Assembly: GCA_963666055.2 (NCBI GenBank)
Contig: CAXWPH010000015.1
Location: 2,016,001 to 2,080,000 of the forward strand
Length of the DNA: 64,000 nt
Direction: 5' to 3'
From: Acidobacteriota bacterium
GTDB taxonomy: Bacteria > Acidobacteriota > UBA890 > WLXD01
The translations under genes were made by a program, and so were the position numbers. A model generated the notes under the pieces. The model was not told where the DNA came from, made no database searches, and saw only the letters and a list, made by a program, of their open reading frames with translations. Positions 11,764 to 21,962 of this stretch are shown here, piece after piece. Every line of letters starts with the position of its first letter. The first letter of the stretch is position 1.

Positions 11764-13182
11764 TCACTCCCTCTTGAACTCGGCGACCAGCGCGGCGACC
11801 GACGTCTTGGCGTCGCCAAGCAGCATGCGCGTGTTCTCTCGGAAGAACAGCGAGTTGTCGATGCCAGCGTAGCCGGCCCCGAGCGAGCGCTTGAGCACGA
11901 AGGTGATTCGGGCGCGGTCGGCATCGATGATCGGCATCCCGTAGATAGGGCTGTCCTCGTCTTCCCTGGCGGCGGGGTTCACCACATCGTTGGCACCGAT
12001 GACCATGCAGACGTCCACGGCCGCCATCTTCGGGTTGACGTCGTCCGGTTCGACGAGTTGGTCGTACGGCACGCTCGCCTCGGCGAGCAACACGTTCATG
12101 TGGCCGGGCATACGACCAGCTACCGGATGAATCGCGTAGCGTACCTCGCAGCCGTTTTCTTCGAGCCGGTCGGCGAGCTCGCGGACGGCGTGCTGAGCCT
12201 GTGCCACTGCCATTCCGTACCCTGGCACGAACACCACGCTGCTTGATGCCTCGAGGATCAAGAAAGCGTCTGCCGTGTTGATCACCCTGGCCTCGCCTGG
12301 GGCGCCCTTGGTGGCCTGTTTCGACGTAGAGCCGAAGCCTGAGAACAACACGTTGGCCAGCGATCGGTTCATTGCCTTGCACATGATCATGGTCAGGACC
12401 AGCCCGCTCGCACCCACCAAGGCCCCGGATACGATGAGTACCTTGTTGACGATAATGAACCCGGTCGCACAAGCTGCCAGGCCCGAATAACTGTTGAGCA
12501 GAGCAACTACCACAGGCATGTCGGCGCCGCCGATCGAGAGGACGCTGAGGATTCCGAGCATCAGGCTGATGCCGACCAAGGTCAGGTAGGCTGCGTACTT
12601 CGCTTCCATCAGCGCGCCGGGCTCGCCGACCATCGCGAACACGCCGCCGGCGGCGAGCGCGCCGATCAGCAGCAGAGCATTGACGATCTGCTGGCCGGGA
12701 AAGAGCATAGGCGCTCCCCGGACCGTTCCAGCCAACTTGCCCCACGCGATGATGCTGCCGGTGAAGGTCACGCCGCCGATCAGCGATGCGATACCGATAG
12801 AGCCGAGCGTGAAGGCGCTGAATCCGGCGCCCGCGGCCGTGCTGATTCCGATCTGCGTCTGGTGGTACTCGGCCCAGCCGACAAGCAACGATGCGAGCCC
12901 GCCACAGCCGTTGAACAGCGCCACCATCTCGGGCATGCCGGTCATCGCCACCGTGCGCGCTGCGAAGGCGCCGACGGTGCCGCCGACGATGACGCCGAGA
13001 ACGATCCACTGGTAGTCGAGCCCGCCGTACGCCACCGTGGCGACCGCCGCGACGAGCATGCCGACCGCCGAGATCCGATTCCCGCGCCGCGCCGACTCGG
13101 CCCGCTGCAGTCCCTTCAGGCCATAGACGAACAGGACCGCGGCGGCGATGTACGCCAGGTCGATCACCAACGCGCGGCTCAT
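11764..13182 (-). CDS. pntB: NAD(P) transhydrogenase subunit beta
   Basis: MPEMVALFNG, IGGADMPVV, VPGYGMAVAQAQH, IHPVAGRMPGHMNVLLAEA, GANDVVNPAA. Confidence 0.98.
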   Translation of the reverse strand: MSRALVIDLAYIAAAVLFVYGLKGLQRAESARRGNRISAVGMLVAAVATVAYGGLDYQWIVLGVIVGGTVGAFAARTVAMTGMPEMVALFNGCGGLASLLVGWAEYHQTQIGISTAAGAGFSAFTLGSIGIASLIGGVTFTGSIIAWGKLAGTVRGAPMLFPGQQIVNALLLIGALAAGGVFAMVGEPGALMEAKYAAYLTLVGISLMLGILSVLSIGGADMPVVVALLNSYSGLAACATGFIIVNKVLIVSGALVGASGLVLTMIMCKAMNRSLANVLFSGFGSTSKQATKGAPGEARVINTADAFLILEASSSVVFVPGYGMAVAQAQHAVRELADRLEENGCEVRYAIHPVAGRMPGHMNVLLAEASVPYDQLVEPDDVNPKMAAVDVCMVIGANDVVNPAAREDEDSPIYGMPIIDADRARITFVLKRSLGAGYAGIDNSLFFRENTRMLLGDAKTSVAALVAEFKRE

Positions 13183-13183
13183 C

Positions 13184-13483
13184 TCAGCCTTCTCCCTGGC
13201 CCCTCTTGCGGAACATCGCGAACATGCGATCGGTCACCAGATAGCCTCCGACGACGTTGATCGTGGCGCACGCTACGGCCAGCGTTCCGAGAATAATCGT
13301 GACGCTCTCGCTGCTGCCGCGGAGCGACAGCAGCGCCCCGACAATGGTGATTCCGGAGATCGCGTTGGAGCCACTCATCAGCGGAGTGTGGAGTTGCGAC
13401 GGCACTCGCGAGATGAGCTCGAACCCGAGAAAGATGGCGAGCATCAAGATGAACAACAGGAATACGATCGTCTGAACGTCCAT
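13184..13483 (-). CDS. pntAB: NAD(P) transhydrogenase alpha-2 (membrane part)
   Basis: VPSQLHTPLMSGSNAISG, INVVGGYLVTDRMFAMF. Confidence 0.95.
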   Translation of the reverse strand: MDVQTIVFLLFILMLAIFLGFELISRVPSQLHTPLMSGSNAISGITIVGALLSLRGSSESVTIILGTLAVACATINVVGGYLVTDRMFAMFRKRGQGEG

Positions 13484-13522
13484 TGGGATTCAGCTTTGCC
13501 TCGGTAGATTGTTGGCTCGGCG

Positions 13523-14665
13523 TTACTCGCCGGCGTAATGCTTGTTCAGTCTCTCGCTGATGATCTGGCCGCCGCAGGTGATGAGTGCGCCGGCCATGAT
13601 CTCGTCGTCTCGATCCAGCCTCATGCTCTTGGCTTCGTCGTCCCAGAAATGGGTGAGGAAGTTGACCAGGTTGTTGGAGTACATCTGGCTGGCGTGAGCG
13701 GCGACACGACCCGGCAGGTTGTCGAGACCAATGATTCGTACCCCGCCGACTTCGACCTCTTCGTTGAATCGGGTTCCAGCGACGTTGCCGCCGTGCTCGC
13801 TCGCAGCCATATCCACGATTACGCTCCCTGGCCTCATCTTGGCGACGGTGTCCGCGTCGATGATCAACGGCGGCTTGCGGCCGAAGAGCTTCGCCGTGGT
13901 GATGACTACATCCGCCGCCGCGCAGACCTTGGCCATCCCTTGGCGCTGCATCTCGAGCTGCTCGGCGGTCAACTCCCTGGCGTAGCCGCCCTCCGTCTGG
14001 CCGGTGTCACCAAGGTTGATCTTGACGAATTTGGCACCGAGCGACTTGACCTGTTCTTCCACCACCGGGCGCGTATCGAAGGCGTTGACGCGAGCGCCCA
14101 TACGCTTGGCCGTGGCGATAGCCTGCAGGCCCGCCACGCCGGCGCCGATCACGAAGACGCGCGAGGGCCTCAGGGTACCTGCAGGTGTCATCATCATCGG
14201 GTAGGTCTTGGCGAGCCGCTCGGCGGCCAGCACCACGGCGACATAGCCTGCCAGGCTCGCTTGCGAGCTCAGCGCGTCCATCTTCTGCGCCAACGTCGTG
14301 CGTGGGATCAGCTCGATACACACGGCGTTGACTTGGCGTGCGGCCAAGGCTCTTACCAGTTCTTGGTTGAAGAACGGGTCGAGGTGGCTGATGTGAACGG
14401 TGCCCGCCGCGAGCATCTCCACTTCCTCAGTTGGAGGAGGGTTGAGGCGCAGCACCACCTCGGCGTCGCCAAGAAGGGTGGCGCGATCGCCGACAACGCT
14501 GGCGCCGGCTTCCTCGTAACTCGAGTCGAGGGCGTTCACCGTTTCGCCCACACCGGCCTCGACGCCAACCTCGGCGCCCATCTGCACGAGCATTGCTACG
14601 CCCTCAGGAACCACGGGTACGCGGGGCTCGTTCACCTTCGCTTCGCGCGGGACGGCGATCTTCAT
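13523..14665 (-). CDS. pntAA: NAD(P) transhydrogenase alpha-1 (soluble domain I)
   Basis: AQKMDALSSQASLAGY, PMMMTPAGT, GAGVAGLQAIATAKRMGA. Confidence 0.96.
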   Translation of the reverse strand: MKIAVPREAKVNEPRVPVVPEGVAMLVQMGAEVGVEAGVGETVNALDSSYEEAGASVVGDRATLLGDAEVVLRLNPPPTEEVEMLAAGTVHISHLDPFFNQELVRALAARQVNAVCIELIPRTTLAQKMDALSSQASLAGYVAVVLAAERLAKTYPMMMTPAGTLRPSRVFVIGAGVAGLQAIATAKRMGARVNAFDTRPVVEEQVKSLGAKFVKINLGDTGQTEGGYARELTAEQLEMQRQGMAKVCAAADVVITTAKLFGRKPPLIIDADTVAKMRPGSVIVDMAASEHGGNVAGTRFNEEVEVGGVRIIGLDNLPGRVAAHASQMYSNNLVNFLTHFWDDEAKSMRLDRDDEIMAGALITCGGQIISERLNKHYAGE

Positions 14666-14805
14666 GCGTAGCTTTTCCTGTGCTCGGGATCGGGGCGTGA
14701 ATGGGTCCGCGGCAGCGACGTCTCAGAGAGTGCGGCGACAGGCTGATTGTCCTAGACCGGCGGCGAGCCCGCAAACACGCCGGGGCCGAGCGGGTGCGCG
14801 ATCTG

Positions 14806-14817
14806 ACGGCCTGCTAG
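14806..14817 (-). repeat. Short end of the CTAG repeat family on the E1 gene stop codon
   Basis: Minus strand reads CTAGCAGGCCGT (12/12 to the TIR); its TAG is the stop of 14814..17015. Confidence 0.5.
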
Positions 14818-17015
14818 CCTTCGTAGTAGCGCCGCGGCATCCAGGCGAAGCCTCGACTGCCGCGGCTGGCCGTGCCCTGGGCCGAGGTGACCTCGTTGCA
14901 GGCCTGCACAATATCGTCGGCGGAGAGTACGCTGAGCTTCTCGAGAACCGGCGATATCGCCACGCCCGGCAGGTTCTTTTGTCCGACGGCGCGCGAAGGT
15001 AGGCCGGGGAAGCGCTCCACGGCGTGCCCCTGGATGGAGCGCACAAACCCGGCGAATGGCCGGTCCTCGGCGGCCACCACCAAACGCCCGGTGCGGCCGA
15101 CGCTCTCGTAGACCGAGTCGAGGTCGGGTGGCACCAGGGTACGTAGGTCGATGACCTCCGCCTCGACTTTATTCTCGGCCAGCGTGTCGGCGGCATCGAG
15201 CGCCTTGTAGACGGCGCGTCCCCACGCCACGATGGTCACGTCGCTGCCGGGACGCCGGACTGCCGCTTTGGAGAACGGCACGCGTAGACTGGGATCGACG
15301 TGCGGGACTTCGCCTCGCATGATGTTGCGCTTCATCCGCGCGATCTCGTCCTCGTCCGTCGGCTCGCCCGGAAGGGCCGGTCCAAGCGCCCGGCGGTACG
15401 CGAACTTGGGTTCGAGAACCACCACCGGTCCGCCGTACTCGGCAGCCGTCAGCAACAGACCATAGGCATCGAAGCTAGTTGACGGCATCACCAGGACAAG
15501 CCCCGGGATGGAGGCGAAATAGCCTTCGCAGCTCATCGAATGGTAGACGGCGCCGCCGCCGAACGGATCCGTCGGCATGCGCAGGATGACGCTCGCCGAC
15601 GCCTTTCCGTTGGAGGCCCAATGGAAGTTGCCCAGATGGACGAGCCAATGGAAAGCGTTGAACGAATAGTCGCCGAACTGGAACTCGGGTAGCGCCACGA
15701 GGTCGGAATGGAGGCTCAATCCCATCGCGGTTCCGACGATCAAGGGCTCGTTCAGCGGCGCGTCGAGCACGCGGTCGGGATGGCGGTCCTTGAGGCCGGC
15801 GGTGGCTTGCATGACACCGCCGAGCCGCGCCACGTCCTGACCCCAGAGCACGCCGCCATGGCGATCGATGATGTGATCGAGAGCACTCCGAACGGCGCCT
15901 GCATAGCTGATGTTCGTGCTACCGGACGCGGCGGGTTCGGTGACCTGGGGAAACGGCCGATAGACGTGTTCGAACAATGAGTCGGGCGACGGGTCGGGTT
16001 CCGCACGAACGCGCTTCATCAGCGCACGGACATCCTCGATCTCGGCATCCATGATGCCACCGGGCTCATGATGCGCGAAGAAATCGCGCCCCTCGCCCTT
16101 CTTGCGCTGCAGGATGTCCGGCTGCTCAAGAATACCGCGCTCGACAAGCTGCTCGCCGAACTCGATCAACGGATCGTCCTGTGACAGATCGAAGGTGAGG
16201 TCGGCGGCGGAACTGTGGCCGTTAAAACGCGGCAGGTGTTTGACGTGCAACACCACGCCGCTCTGGGTGTCTCGAACATGGCCGGCGACGTCGATCGTTG
16301 TGTTGTAGACGTCCCAGAAATCGCGCCCGTCACACTCGAAGTGCTCGAGACCGAAAGCCTTGGCGTAGGCCGCGTAGTCCTTGATTCCCTGCCCCTCCTC
16401 GGGGAGGGTGCTGATCGCGACATCGTTGTCAGCCACCATGATGATCAGCGGCAGCTGCCAAACGCTGGCCGCATTCATGGCTTCGTGTAAGTCGCTCTCA
16501 GCAGTGGTTCCGTCGCCGATGATCGCCATGGCAACGCAGTGTTGCTGGCCCTTGATCTTGTAGCCCATGGCGTAGCCGGCGGCCTTGCCGAGCTGCATAC
16601 CCACTGGGCTCTGGAGCGGAAGGATGCCCATGTCCGGGTAGTAAAGATGGTTGGGCATCTGCCGGGCGCGGCTCAGCTGGTCGGTGTCGCGCGCGAACTG
16701 TTGCCGCATGAGGTCAGTGAGAAAGGTCTTGTGGCCCTGCAGCTCCATCCACATCGACACCAGCGCGTAGGACCGGTAGTGCGGCACGAAGCCGAAGTTG
16801 TCGCGCCCCAGGGCGTGTGCCAGAGCCAAAGCGGTAGCGACGCCGTGAACCTCTTCGCCAGTACCCCAGATAGCGAACTTCACCTCGCCGCGGGTTACGA
16901 ACCGGACGATGAACTCCTCCGCGGCGCGCGAGCGCACGGCAACGCGATAGGCGTGCCGAAGCTCATCTGCAGTCGGCTCGACCTGGGCTCGGGCGTCGGT
17001 CTTGGCCTGCTCCAT
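14814..17015 (-). CDS. Fused E1alpha+E1beta TPP-dependent 2-oxoacid dehydrogenase
   Basis: GDG...N TPP motif (IIGDGTTAESDLHEAMNAA...ADN), GHSSA loop, beta part GQDV...GGV...DAPLNE, EVIDLRTLVP. Confidence 0.9.
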   Translation of the reverse strand: MEQAKTDARAQVEPTADELRHAYRVAVRSRAAEEFIVRFVTRGEVKFAIWGTGEEVHGVATALALAHALGRDNFGFVPHYRSYALVSMWMELQGHKTFLTDLMRQQFARDTDQLSRARQMPNHLYYPDMGILPLQSPVGMQLGKAAGYAMGYKIKGQQHCVAMAIIGDGTTAESDLHEAMNAASVWQLPLIIMVADNDVAISTLPEEGQGIKDYAAYAKAFGLEHFECDGRDFWDVYNTTIDVAGHVRDTQSGVVLHVKHLPRFNGHSSAADLTFDLSQDDPLIEFGEQLVERGILEQPDILQRKKGEGRDFFAHHEPGGIMDAEIEDVRALMKRVRAEPDPSPDSLFEHVYRPFPQVTEPAASGSTNISYAGAVRSALDHIIDRHGGVLWGQDVARLGGVMQATAGLKDRHPDRVLDAPLNEPLIVGTAMGLSLHSDLVALPEFQFGDYSFNAFHWLVHLGNFHWASNGKASASVILRMPTDPFGGGAVYHSMSCEGYFASIPGLVLVMPSTSFDAYGLLLTAAEYGGPVVVLEPKFAYRRALGPALPGEPTDEDEIARMKRNIMRGEVPHVDPSLRVPFSKAAVRRPGSDVTIVAWGRAVYKALDAADTLAENKVEAEVIDLRTLVPPDLDSVYESVGRTGRLVVAAEDRPFAGFVRSIQGHAVERFPGLPSRAVGQKNLPGVAISPVLEKLSVLSADDIVQACNEVTSAQGTASRGSRGFAWMPRRYYEG

Positions 17016-17256
17016 CCAGTTCTCCCTGCAACAAGGCGATGCCGGCAGGGCCGTGCTCGCCTAGCCGGGACCACGACACGCACCGCGGCCGATTGGTGCG
17101 GCATTCGCGACAGCGTGATTCCATCCGGGGCGGGGGCTGGCTGAAACCGCCTCGTCACAGCTGTCTCGGCCTTTGTTCCCAGCGGAAGCTGGTCGCGAGC
17201 ACCCCATTATACCAAGACAGACGCACGGCTCATCAATCAGCGCCAACGAACGAGAA

Positions 17257-17288
17257 CCGGCCCGCGCCAGGGAGGTGGCGCGGGCCGG
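17257..17288 (-). terminator. Probable intrinsic terminator downstream of the GWxTD gene
   Basis: Perfect 13-bp stem CCGGCCCGCGCCA/TGGCGCGGGCCGG with 6-nt loop, followed on the minus strand by TTCTCGTTCGTT. Confidence 0.65.
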
Positions 17289-17313
17289 CGGTGAGCCTGG
17301 TTGCAGGAGGGAC

Positions 17314-17967
17314 TCAGTCGCTCCTGACGACGGCCGCCTCCTTGGCGTAATGAAGCGCATCCCGGATGTAGAACGGGACGAATCCGGGTCCGCCGAAGCC
17401 GCCGTAGATTCGGTAGCTACTGCGCGCCGGGTTTCTGACAAACGCGATCGCAACCTGCCCCGCGACGCCACTGAAGGGCCGCTTCGAGCCCTCCTTGCCG
17501 GTTGTGAAGTAGGTCCACACGGCAGCGTCGGAGTATCCGAATATGGGCCGGATGTAGTCTGGACGGCCGAGCACGATGTGGATGAAGCCACGATCCGACT
17601 TCCAGCCTCGCGGGAAATCGTGATAGCGGTCGTTTGCCATCGCCACCCGTTCGTAGAACAGCCGCTTGAACTGGTTGCCGGCGATCTTCGGATTCTCATC
17701 GCGGAGATCCCAGAACTCGGCAATGAAGTCAGCACGTCCCAGGGTTGTGGAGAGGCTCTTGAAGACCTTTCGCTCGTCGTCGAGGATGATGTAGTCGACC
17801 GGACCATCCAACCAGGTATCGGGGTTGGCCTCGAAATACGCCATGGCCGCGTCACCCGTCTTCGGGAGCTCGCCGAGCGATGATGCGGCAGTCGCTGCTA
17901 CTGGCAGTAAGGCGACGGCACTGGCAACGGCGAAAAGGCTCGTGAGTCGGCGGTTTCGAGCTCGCAT
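17314..17967 (-). CDS. GWxTD-domain exported protein
   Basis: Signal peptide; WLDGPVDYII, FIAEFW..RD, GWKSDRGFIHIVLGRPD; AGGAGG RBS. Confidence 0.9.
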   Translation of the reverse strand: MRARNRRLTSLFAVASAVALLPVAATAASSLGELPKTGDAAMAYFEANPDTWLDGPVDYIILDDERKVFKSLSTTLGRADFIAEFWDLRDENPKIAGNQFKRLFYERVAMANDRYHDFPRGWKSDRGFIHIVLGRPDYIRPIFGYSDAAVWTYFTTGKEGSKRPFSGVAGQVAIAFVRNPARSSYRIYGGFGGPGFVPFYIRDALHYAKEAAVVRSD

Positions 17968-18184
17968 GTCATTCCTCCTTTGTGATGCCGCGTTGGACAA
18001 CACGGCCTCGTTGTTACGATCCTGGCGACTTGCGGTCGGTGCCGGGCGCCTAGGGCGCCGACCGCCGGGAACGGCCTGGGTCGCACCGACCTACTTTTGC
18101 AGGCTCCGTGCCAGAAGATGCTCAGCGCCCCGCTCGGCCGTGAGTCGACCATGGTCAGGGCCGGGAAATGCCTGAGAATAAAGG

Positions 18185-18204
18185 CTTTCACCACGACCTG
18201 TTGG
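18185..18204 (-). repeat. Degenerate end of the CTAG repeat family
   Basis: Minus strand CCAACAGGTCGTGGTGAAAG vs CTAGCAGGCCGTGGTGAAAG (17/20). Confidence 0.5.
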
Positions 18205-18448
18205 GCGAGCCCTGTCCTGTGACGAGCGCGGGCGATGATAGGAACAGCCAGAGACGACCGTCGCCGCGCGTCCGCAGGCCGACGATGACCCCATAAAGTC
18301 ATTCGGCGACGACGGCATGCCGACACTTGGGCGGCCAAAGTGGGCCCTGGCGGTGCTGGTCGAGCACGTCGCCCCGATCCCGACCACTGGCGGGCAGGGC
18401 GCGACGTAAACCGCCTGCGGCGCGCTCGACCGGCGCACGTCCTTCCCA

Positions 18449-18685
18449 TAGCAGGGTGCTGAAGAATCCCGTTGGGTCTGGTTACGGCGTCGTGGGGCCA
18501 GATGAAAGGCGGCGCGAGGTAGGCGATGCTTGTTGTATCGTCCAGTAGGGCCAACGTTGCAGATGGCCCCGCGGACGCCACGAACCCTTCGGGCACGTGG
18601 GGGTTGTCGGCGATCTCAGTGTCAGAGCTCCTCGACGATGCGCCCCGGCATCACCATCCTCATCGCGCCTTGAGCTTGCCCCTAT
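18449..18685 (+). mobile_element. Diverged copy of the structured MITE/ERIC-like repeat (opposite orientation to the 38395 copy)
   Basis: Shares blocks GGGTCTGGTTACGGCG, GGGGCCAGATG.AAGGCGGC, GGCGATG, GGCCAACG.TGCAGATGGCCC, AACCCTTCGGGC in the same order as the reverse complement of 38395-38757. Confidence 0.8.
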
Positions 18686-18699
18686 CTCGGCCCAGCAAT

Positions 18700-21600
18700 A
18701 TGCAACCCAACGGCTCCGTCGTCTACTCCGACAGCGCCGCGCGGCGGCTTGAACACGCGCGAGGCTGGCTCCGCCGCGCCGCGGCGCCCGGGCCGGTCCT
18801 CGTCGTGTCGGCCACGCGCGGAGCGGCGGATGACTTTGTGCGCTCGCTCCTGGGGCCAGGCGAGGGCCTGTTTGGTGTTCACCGTATGACCCCCCCCCTC
18901 GTCTGGCCGCCGACCTCGCAATGGCGGCGCTAGCGCGACGCGACCTCGCACCGGTGACCGGGCTCGGCATGGAAGCGCTGGCGGCGCGCGCATCGGAACG
19001 CTGCAGCCAGGAGGGATTGCAGTACTTCGGGCCGGTGGCCGACTATCCCGGCTTCCCGCGGGCGCTGCGGCGCACCCTGACCGAGCTGCGTCTGGCCGGT
19101 GTGGCGACGGAGCAACTCGTCGAGCTGGGTGTTGCCGGCATAGACCTGCAACGGCTGGCCGACGCGTACGCCGGTGAGATCGAGCGCTGGGGGCTCGCTG
19201 ACCCGTCCATGCTTTGGCGCCTGGCCGCGGAGGCCGTCGAGACGGACCAGCATCTCCGTGTCGGTGTGCCGCTGCTGCTGCTCGATCTGTCGCCGGCCAG
19301 TGCACTGGAACAGGAGGCGTGGCGGCGCCTGGTTGCCCGTGCGCCAACCGCGCTGGCGACGGTGATCGGTAACGATCGGCGGGCTCTCGAGGGGCTTGCC
19401 TTGGCGTTTGGCACCAGCCCAACGGAACTCGACGAGGTGGCCGATTCGGGCGCGACACGGCTGGCACGACTTCGGCGCGGAGTGTTTGGCGAGGCAGAAC
19501 CGAGCGATGTAGCTCCCGATGACACGCTGGAGATCGTCGCGGCTCCGGGGGAGGGCCGCGAGGCGGTCGAGGTAGCGCGGCGCATCCACGCCTTGGCGCG
19601 CCAAGGCGTGCCTTTCGACCGCATCGCGATCTTGCTGCGGGACCCGGATGCTTACCTCGGGCTTGTCGAGGAGGCGATGCGGCGCGCCCGGATTCCGGCC
19701 TGGTACACGCGTGGCACGGTACGGCCCGATCCCGCCGGACGCGCCTTCCTGGCACTGTTGGCCTGCGCCGCCGATGACCTTTCGGCGTCGCGCTTCGCGG
19801 AGTATCTGTCTCTGGGGCAGTCGCCACGCGTCGAGGTTGCAGAGGCGCGTACGATCGAGGTGCCGTGGGTCGAGCCCGCCGGCGCTCAGTTGGTCTTCAA
19901 GACCTTCGTTCCGGACGCCGCCACCCTCGAGATCGAGGACGAGGAGCTCGACGGCCCAGTTGTCGCCGGGACCGTGCGGACGCCACAGCGGTGGGAACAG
20001 CTTCTCGTGGACGCCGCGGTGGTGGGCGGGCGCGACCGCTGGCAGCGTCGACTCGCCGGCGTACGCGCCGAGCTCGAGGAACGACGTCGGGCCCTCGACG
20101 ATCTCGACGAGCCACACAGCGAGCACTTGCGAAAGCAAATCGATACGCTCGCCCATCTCGAACGGTTCGCGCTACCGATCATCGACATGCTCGCCGCACT
20201 ACCCCAAAAGGCGCCCTGGGGCGACTGGTTGGCCTCGCTGCGTCAGCTTGCCGCGGCAACGCTGCGACGGCCGGCGCGAGTGCTCGCCGTTCTCGGTGGT
20301 CTGGAGCCGATGGAAAGCGTCGGGCCGGTGGATCTGGCGGAGGTACGCCGGGTCCTCGACGAACGCCTCGCATTCCTGCGCTATGAACCCATTGGGCGCC
20401 GCTACGGCAAGGTCTTCGTCGCTACGATCGACGAAGCGCGAGGCCGCAGTTTCGATGTGGTGTTTCTTCCTGGCTTGGCTGAGGGAATCTTTCCGCGGCG
20501 AGCCAGCGAGGACCCTTTGCTGTTGGACGAGCTGCGACGAATCATCGAAGCGCCCCTGATGACTCAGGACGAACGCTTCGAGAACGAGCGAATGTTGCTG
20601 CGCATCGCCGTCGGGGCGGCGTCACGCCGGTTAGTCGTGTCGTACCCGACACAAGACGTGTTGCAGGGCCGAGCGCGAGTGGCTTCCTTCTACGCGCTCG
20701 ATATCATTCGCGCCGCCGAGGGCCAACTTCCCGACACCCGCACGCTCGAGGCCCGCGCTGCGTCCGGATCGGCGTCGCTGCTCGGCTGGCCGGCGCCGCG
20801 CGACAGGCGCGCGGCCATTGACGCCGCCGAGTTTGCCGTTTCCTATCTGGAGCCCATCCTGACGCGGGCTGAGGGCGACGTAACCGGCCGGGCTCGTTTC
20901 CTTCTGGACACCAACGAGCACCTGGCGCGCTCGCTACGCGCTCGTGCCCGCAGGTGGCGCCCGGGATTCTTCGCCGCCGACGGTCTGGTGCAGCCTAGTG
21001 ACGCGGCGCGTGTTGTCCTCGACGGCCATCGTCTGCGGGCGCGCAGCTATTCGCCCACCGCGCTGCAGCGGTACGCGGTTTGCCCATACCAGTTCTTTCT
21101 CCATGCCATACAGCGCTTGCGGCCACGCGAGGAGCCCGTGGCATTGGAGCAGATGGATCCGCTGACGCGTGGGAGCTTGTTTCACAAAGTGCAGTACGTG
21201 CTCCTTCAACGCCTGCGCGAGGGCGACAACCTGCCGATCACGGCCGCCAATCGTGCCGCCGCGACTGCCGAGGCTGACGCGGCCCTCGACGAGCTGGCGG
21301 CGAGTTACGCGGAGCGGCTCGCGCCGGCCATTCCGCGCGTTTGGGACGACGAGGTCGAGGGCGTGCGAACCGATCTGCGCGGTTGGATTCGCGAGGTCGC
21401 CGAGGCCAACGATGGCTGGGAGCCGGCTTTCTTCGAGTTCTCCTTCGGTCTCGGACACGAAGCCGGTCGCGATCCGCTCAGCCATCGCGATGAGGCCCTG
21501 ACCGCCGATGGCTATCGCCTGCGTGGCGCCATCGATCTCGTCGAGCGCGATCCGGCCCGAAACGCCTGGCGCGTCACCGATCACAAGACGGGTCGCGCGC

Positions 21601-21962
21601 TGCGCGCCCGTTACGTGACGATCGGTGGCGGCGAGGTGTTACAGCCACTGCTCTATGCCATTCGGGCGCAGCACCACCTAGAGGGCGACGTCGTGGCCGG
21701 CCGTCTGTTCTACTGCACGCGGCGCGGAGAGTTCCAGGACCGCGAAGTGGCGCTCAACGCCGATACGCGGATGAAGGTCTCTCAGGCGCTGGGGATTATC
21801 GACGCTGCCATCGCCGATGGCTTCCTGCCCGCCGCACCGCGCGAACGTGCTTGTAACTGGTGCGACTTCCGCGCCGTGTGTGGGCCCTACGAGGAGCTCC
21901 GAGTTCGGCGTAAGGACCCGGCACCGCTCGCCAGCCTGCGACTCCTGCGAGGTGCTCGATGA
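18700..21962 (+). CDS. addB: AddB-like PD-(D/E)xK nuclease subunit; frameshift at a C9 tract (18890-18898)
   Basis: Degenerate helicase region; YSPTALQRYAVCPYQFF, LRGAIDLVE, VTDHKTG, QPLLY, CNWCDFRAVC (Fe-S staple); N-terminal MQPNGS...HRMTP lies in a different frame. Confidence 0.85.

Noticed and set aside
13184-14665. Split pntA as a pseudogene
   Set aside because: The alpha-1/alpha-2 split is a known natural architecture and both ORFs are intact
17053-17065. GTGCTCGCCTAGC identical to 5833-5845
   Set aside because: A 13-bp match not followed by the TIR; plausibly chance in GC-rich DNA
17898-18596. ORFs in the GWxTD-addB intergenic region
   Set aside because: No recognisable motifs; region explained by a promoter and repeat copies
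21040-21962. Cas4-like nuclease with four Cys
   Set aside because: It is the C-terminal Fe-S nuclease domain of AddB next to addA; no cas genes or array are present
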